Assembly (NCBI GenBank): GCA_964291285.2
Contig: OZ219787.1
Coordinates: forward strand, 2,048,001 to 2,112,000
DNA: 64,000 nucleotides
From: Alphaproteobacteria bacterium
GTDB lineage: Bacteria; Pseudomonadota; Alphaproteobacteria; Bin95
Direction of reading: 5' to 3'
Positions 59,585 to 64,000 of this stretch are shown here, piece by piece. How positions within the stretch are numbered: the first letter of the stretch is position 1; every line of letters begins with the position of its first letter. The translations under genes and the position numbers were made by a program. The notes beneath the pieces were generated by a model, which saw nothing but the letters and a program-made list of their open reading frames with translations, had not been told where the DNA came from and searched no databases.

Positions 59585-60676
59585 TCAGGGCCCCAGATTG
59601 GGCGGCTGACAGCCGCTGCAGCTGTTCACGACAAGGCTCCCCACCTGCGCGCCGGCGGCGATGGCCTCCGCGCCGGCGTCCACGGTTCCGCTCGCCGCAC
59701 GCACCGTGGCGATTGCCGACAGCTCCCCGCCGATCTCCATGTCCGCCGTGAGCGCCACCGTTTGCGCGCCGACCTCGCCACGCGACCTCAGCGATCTGCC
59801 GACCGCAAACTCGCCCGGAATCCGCCAGGACGTCTGCGACCCGCCGCCGAATGCGAAGTTGCGGTCCGCCTCCACCGTCGTCGCCGCCTGGATCGCAAGG
59901 CTCCCGGCCGGCCTTATCAGCACGTCTCCCGCTGCATCCACGGTCCCTGCAACAGCAACGCTCCCGCGATCCGCGCTCGCGCTCTCGCCGGCCACAGTCC
60001 CGGCCCGCAGGATGTTCGTCCCCGCCTCGAACCGTATCTCCTGCTCCATGGACGACAGCTCCGGACGCCCACCCACCGGGCGCCGATAGACCCGCTCCAC
60101 CGCATGGCCGATGCCGAAGTCCGCGGTCGCGAACATCGACCCTTCCGGCAAGCCGCCCAGCACCGCCACGACATCCGCGAGCCGGCCATGCATCGGGGTC
60201 GCGTCCCCACCGACGAACCCGATATTGTCGAGCCCTCCCATCACCGCGCCCTTCCGCAAATCCGGAAACCGCGCCTCGACTCCGCTTCCCGTGAGGCTGC
60301 AGACCGCGAGCGGAATCCCGTCTGCCATCACCGCCCCGTAACGCGCCTCCACCAGCCCGGCCTGGTCCGCCTCACGGAGACCTGCGGGCAGGAATGGCGT
60401 GAACGGCGGCGCCGGAGGAACAGGAAGCGGCGGCTGCTTCAACTGAGCGACCGTCACCCTCGCCGGCGCCGTGATCGGCCCCGGAGGCACGGCTCCGGGC
60501 GCCGTCACCATGCCGGCCTGAACCGCCCGGTGCATGGCTGTGCAGGTCATGCCCCAGACACGGCCCCGCTCGCGGTCCATCTCCGCCGCAACCAGCGACT
60601 GGTGGTCCTCGCCCCAGATCGCCATCGCGTAGGCCGCCAGCGCCCCGATCACGATTGCCGCAACGACAGGACCCAC
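59585..60676 (-). CDS. PilV-like minor pilin/adhesin 2
   Basis: N-terminal TM, FLPAGL, VYRRPVGGRPELSSME, beta-repeat tail with CSGC. Confidence 0.65.
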   Translation of the reverse strand: MGPVVAAIVIGALAAYAMAIWGEDHQSLVAAEMDRERGRVWGMTCTAMHRAVQAGMVTAPGAVPPGPITAPARVTVAQLKQPPLPVPPAPPFTPFLPAGLREADQAGLVEARYGAVMADGIPLAVCSLTGSGVEARFPDLRKGAVMGGLDNIGFVGGDATPMHGRLADVVAVLGGLPEGSMFATADFGIGHAVERVYRRPVGGRPELSSMEQEIRFEAGTNILRAGTVAGESASADRGSVAVAGTVDAAGDVLIRPAGSLAIQAATTVEADRNFAFGGGSQTSWRIPGEFAVGRSLRSRGEVGAQTVALTADMEIGGELSAIATVRAASGTVDAGAEAIAAGAQVGSLVVNSCSGCQPPNLGP

Positions 60677-60727
60677 AACCCTCTCCCGGAAACCGCCACC
60701 AAGCCGATCGAGCTGCTCATCGCCCGC

Positions 60728-61246
60728 CTATCTGAACGTGAAGGTGAGAAAGTTCGCGCCGTCGCCCTCCGCGCAGGCCGTCGACACCCCGGAGACCGTC
60801 AACTCCGCCTCTTCGTCCTCGTTGACTTCGTCCGGCGCCTCGTCGTCGACCTCGATGTTCACGACGCCGCGCCCGCCGACCAGCTTGACCGCGGCGCGGG
60901 CGCACTGGTCGTCGTCCATGTCCGCGATCGTCAGCGCCATGCGCTCGTTGTCGCCCAGAATCGTGATCTCGCCGCCATACGGGCTCACGATCCCGTCGCC
61001 GTCCGCGTTCAACGCGCTCGACGGCACCTTGTCGTGCTTTATCAGCGTCGGTACGAGATTGGTGTCATCCCCGAGGTCGGCCTGGTTCGCATAGACCACC
61101 TGCACATTGGCACGCAGCCGCACGATCAGCGTGTCCATCTGGCCTTCCTTGGTGTCGGCCACGCCCTCCTCGAAGGCGCCCAGCATGTCCGCGACCAACA
61201 GCAGCCCCATGGCAGCCGCCAGCACATATCCAACAATCGAAGCCAT
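60728..61246 (-). CDS. pilS: PilS-like type IVb major pilin
   Basis: Hydrophobic N-terminal helix, LI...VPS, SPYGGEITI, two-Cys D-region (QCAR..TAC), N.LTFTF end; follows pilR. Confidence 0.8.
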   Translation of the reverse strand: MASIVGYVLAAAMGLLLVADMLGAFEEGVADTKEGQMDTLIVRLRANVQVVYANQADLGDDTNLVPTLIKHDKVPSSALNADGDGIVSPYGGEITILGDNERMALTIADMDDDQCARAAVKLVGGRGVVNIEVDDEAPDEVNEDEEAELTVSGVSTACAEGDGANFLTFTFR

Positions 61247-61252
61247 TACCCT

Positions 61253-62371
61253 CTACTCCCCGATCGTCTTCAGATGGATCGTTGACTGGAACATCGGCGA
61301 CAGCACGAGCGTCGCCAGCATCACGGAGAAGGTGAGCAGAAGAATGCTCAAACCCGCCGTTGCGAACTTCACCATTTCCTCGGAATCCCGGACCCAGCGT
61401 TCCAGGAACGCCGACATCTCCTCGTGCCAGCCCGCCCTGCCGTCGAACGCAGCGCCCACCGCCACCAGCTCGTAATCCGGAAAGCCCGTCCCGGCCGCCT
61501 GCAGCGCCCGGCCAATGCCCATGCCGCCGCGGACCATCCGCTCCTGGATCGCCTCCATCCGCGAACGCACATAGGGCGACGCCCGCTCGCACAGCCGCTC
61601 CCAGGTCGCATCGTTCAACTCGACGCCGAGCTTCATCAGCTCGACCACCATCATCATGAAGGCCGCGCCGCTCACGACCCGGTAGAGCGAGAACGGAACG
61701 TAGTCGTCAAGAAACCGCCGGCCGGCGCCGGTCCAGCGCAGCACCGCCAGCCAGCCCCCGATCACCAGACCCAGGAACCCCGCCCCGATCATGAACTCAT
61801 ACGCGCGCACCGTGGTCGCCAGCCAGTAACCGAGCTGGGCGCCGTTCGACCATTTCTCCGGCTCGCTCATCGCCAGGAACTTCGGCAGCAGCTCGCCCCC
61901 GGCCCACCACAGCCCCGCCAGCGCCATCAGCACCACAGCACCCGGCAACGCCAGAGCGCCCCACAGCGCCCGCGTCATGGTCCGCGTGACCTCCGCAACC
62001 CTGGCCGCCGCACCGACCACCCCGGGCGCGTTGCCCTCGGCCAGGGCGCCCAGAATCATCGCTTCCGACGCCGGCACCCAGCGCGACACCTCCTCGGCAA
62101 ACGCCCTGTTGCCGTCCGCATAGGCGAACTGCCAGCGCCGCAGCATGAACAGCCGCGCCTTGTCCTTCGGGGCCGCCGCGATCGCCGTCTCGATCGCCTC
62201 GCGCATGCTGAACCCGGACTCCAGCGTTCGCCTCATCGTGTTCCACACCACGACCCGCCGCCTCGTGCTGCCGGCCCGCAACCCCACGAGCCCCACAACC
62301 GCCCGCTCGAGGAGCCTCTCGCCCCTCGACCGCGCCGTGCCCGGGCGCCCGATCGCATCCAGCAGGCTCAC
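61253..62371 (-). CDS. pilR: PilR / GspF-family pilus platform protein
   Basis: WVPASE.M, PFSLYR..SG..F, and IGRAL..AG.GFPD.E; three TM segments. Confidence 0.88.
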   Translation of the reverse strand: MSLLDAIGRPGTARSRGERLLERAVVGLVGLRAGSTRRRVVVWNTMRRTLESGFSMREAIETAIAAAPKDKARLFMLRRWQFAYADGNRAFAEEVSRWVPASEAMILGALAEGNAPGVVGAAARVAEVTRTMTRALWGALALPGAVVLMALAGLWWAGGELLPKFLAMSEPEKWSNGAQLGYWLATTVRAYEFMIGAGFLGLVIGGWLAVLRWTGAGRRFLDDYVPFSLYRVVSGAAFMMMVVELMKLGVELNDATWERLCERASPYVRSRMEAIQERMVRGGMGIGRALQAAGTGFPDYELVAVGAAFDGRAGWHEEMSAFLERWVRDSEEMVKFATAGLSILLLTFSVMLATLVLSPMFQSTIHLKTIGE

Positions 62372-64000
62372 GACACCAGCTCCGCACTGTCCTGGATCAC
62401 CGACAACGCCGGCCGCGCCCCGCCGAACACCTCCCTGGCCTCAGCGATCTGCGCGCTCTTCCCGAGAGCATCGAACGGATCGACCAGGCCGTCGCCGACC
62501 GCCCGCCATATCTTCGTGCCCAGCGTCACGCCGCCCATCTCGCTCAGCCAGTAATTCCAGGCCCCGAGAGCGTCCCCCTCCCTCACGAACTTCAGATACC
62601 CGTCGTCCGGAACGATCCATTCGGCGAACGCCAGCCGGTTCGAGTAACCCGCCCACGCCGTCCTCGCGAGCTCGGTATGGCGCTCCCTGAGACAGGTCTC
62701 GCACCCTTCCGGATTGCGGTACCGCACCTCATCGTCGAGCATCGCTTCCAGCTCCGCCGGCAGCCTCCTGCCATCCGCGGGCCTCTCCAGGCAGCACTCC
62801 GGACAGACGATCGACATGAGCCTCTGGTTCATGAACAGCCGGATATTCCCCGGCTTCACCAGCTGCGCGACCTCCACCCCCATGTCCCGGAGCCGGAACG
62901 GTATGCCGTTCGCATTGTGGGCATGCACCGTCGTGTAGATCTGGTGGCCGCTGTCGACGAACTGCAGAACCTGCTTCGCCGTCATCAGGTCCCTGATCTC
63001 TCCGATGCCGCCCACTTGCGGATGAATCCGCACGAAATGCATCAGCACATCACCGAAGATCGCCTCGCGGTCATCGCCCACGCCCCCGCTCGGCACCTGG
63101 ATCTGTATCGCCTTCGGAATCCGGTTCTCCACCGGATCGTCCGCCGTCACCATGTTCAGCGTGTAGTTGTGCTCCTTCATCTGCGTCATCATGTTGACGG
63201 TGTTCGTCGTCGATTTTCCCTCGCCGGTCGGCCCCGCGATGATGACGCCGCCATATTTCGACATCCTGATTTCCCGGAAGATCTCGACGATCTCCCCGCC
63301 GAAGCCGAGCTTCTCCAGCGTCATGTCCTCCGTGATCCGGTTCTTCGGGAATATCCGCACCACCAGATGGTCGCCGGCGATATTCGGGCCGCTCTCGCAG
63401 CGCAGCGCCGCGATCTTCTCCGGCATGCGCAGCTCGTCCCTGCCGATCCCCCAGCCCTGGCGTTCGTTCTTCACGAACGAAACGAGGCGGCTGCCCTCCG
63501 CCTTGCAATAGAACAGGTGGTGGATCATCCACTCGCCTTCCGCCTTGGTGAGCGGCGTCCCCAGCGGAAGTTTCCGGTTGTTCACCTGCACCAGGACCCG
63601 GCAGTCCGACTCCCCGTTCTCGAAGAACACATCGTCCGCCTCGGCCTCCACCGCCTCGTTCAGAATGTCGTAGAGCTTCTGGACCAGGCCCGGGTCGGCC
63701 ATCCGCGACGCCTGCGAGCGCTCTTCCCCCCGCCGGGCCGCCGCAATGTCTTCGAGCGATCCCTTCTTCTCGCGCAGACCCCCCGGAACGAACCCCGTGT
63801 CGCGCAGGTCGCGCAGCACGTCCCGCATATGGCCGTCCGCCGTATAGCCCTCCGCGATCATCGTCCGGCCGTCCGCCCACACGACGCACTTCGACCGGAA
63901 ATCCGCATCCATCCGGCCCCAGTGGATGATCCCGCGATCGTCCACCCAGGGCGGGCGCTCCTTCAGTCCGAGCAGCACCAGGAACCGGGTAAGCCCGTCC
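62368..64000 (-). CDS. pilQ: PilQ / GspE-PilB-family assembly ATPase (5' end probably just outside the window)
   Basis: GPTGEGKSTT, DDPVE, IGEIRD, SGHQIYTTVHA, QRL..CPEC..GC..C; the frame stays open to the window edge. Confidence 0.9.
   Translation of the reverse strand, partial: DGLTRFLVLLGLKERPPWVDDRGIIHWGRMDADFRSKCVVWADGRTMIAEGYTADGHMRDVLRDLRDTGFVPGGLREKKGSLEDIAAARRGEERSQASRMADPGLVQKLYDILNEAVEAEADDVFFENGESDCRVLVQVNNRKLPLGTPLTKAEGEWMIHHLFYCKAEGSRLVSFVKNERQGWGIGRDELRMPEKIAALRCESGPNIAGDHLVVRIFPKNRITEDMTLEKLGFGGEIVEIFREIRMSKYGGVIIAGPTGEGKSTTNTVNMMTQMKEHNYTLNMVTADDPVENRIPKAIQIQVPSGGVGDDREAIFGDVLMHFVRIHPQVGGIGEIRDLMTAKQVLQFVDSGHQIYTTVHAHNANGIPFRLRDMGVEVAQLVKPGNIRLFMNQRLMSIVCPECCLERPADGRRLPAELEAMLDDEVRYRNPEGCETCLRERHTELARTAWAGYSNRLAFAEWIVPDDGYLKFVREGDALGAWNYWLSEMGGVTLGTKIWRAVGDGLVDPFDALGKSAQIAEAREVFGGARPALSVIQDSAELVS

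Overview
High-GC window that looks alphaproteobacterial (ATP12, pccB, der-bamB-yfgM, DUF2794). Bases 1-19.5 kb are mostly ordinary chromosomal metabolic and housekeeping genes, plus a Fic gene bracketed by 19-bp direct repeats. Bases 19.6-27.6 kb are a scar of insertion sequences: IS5, IS1380 nested inside IS1595 inside a gntR gene, an IS66 end, and an inverted-repeat-flanked low-GC gene. From 27.6 kb to the window end, one tightly coupled minus-strand operon encodes a type IVB (Dot/Icm, IncI-like) secretion/conjugation machine (dotA, icmX-like, icmB, icmD, icmC, dotG, dotH, dotI, icmT, dotB, dotC, dotD) together with a type IVb pilus module (pilQ, pilR, pilS, two pilV-like genes). Unusual points in this operon: the coupling protein is VirD4/TraG-type rather than DotL (and is split by IS256); all three pilin-like proteins appear to lack a prepilin leader and Glu5, with no pilU in the usual position; there are two TbpB/fHbp-like lipoproteins; and there are four paralogous membrane proteins, two of which contain an antisense 78-aa two-TM ORF. 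A 4049-bp IS21-derived element (TGT...ACA ends, ACCAG duplication) carries a structured RNA-like leader, a Zn-finger/Arg-rich ORF, istAB and a DUF3991/Toprim passenger. All family assignments come from reading motifs by eye; no database searches were run.
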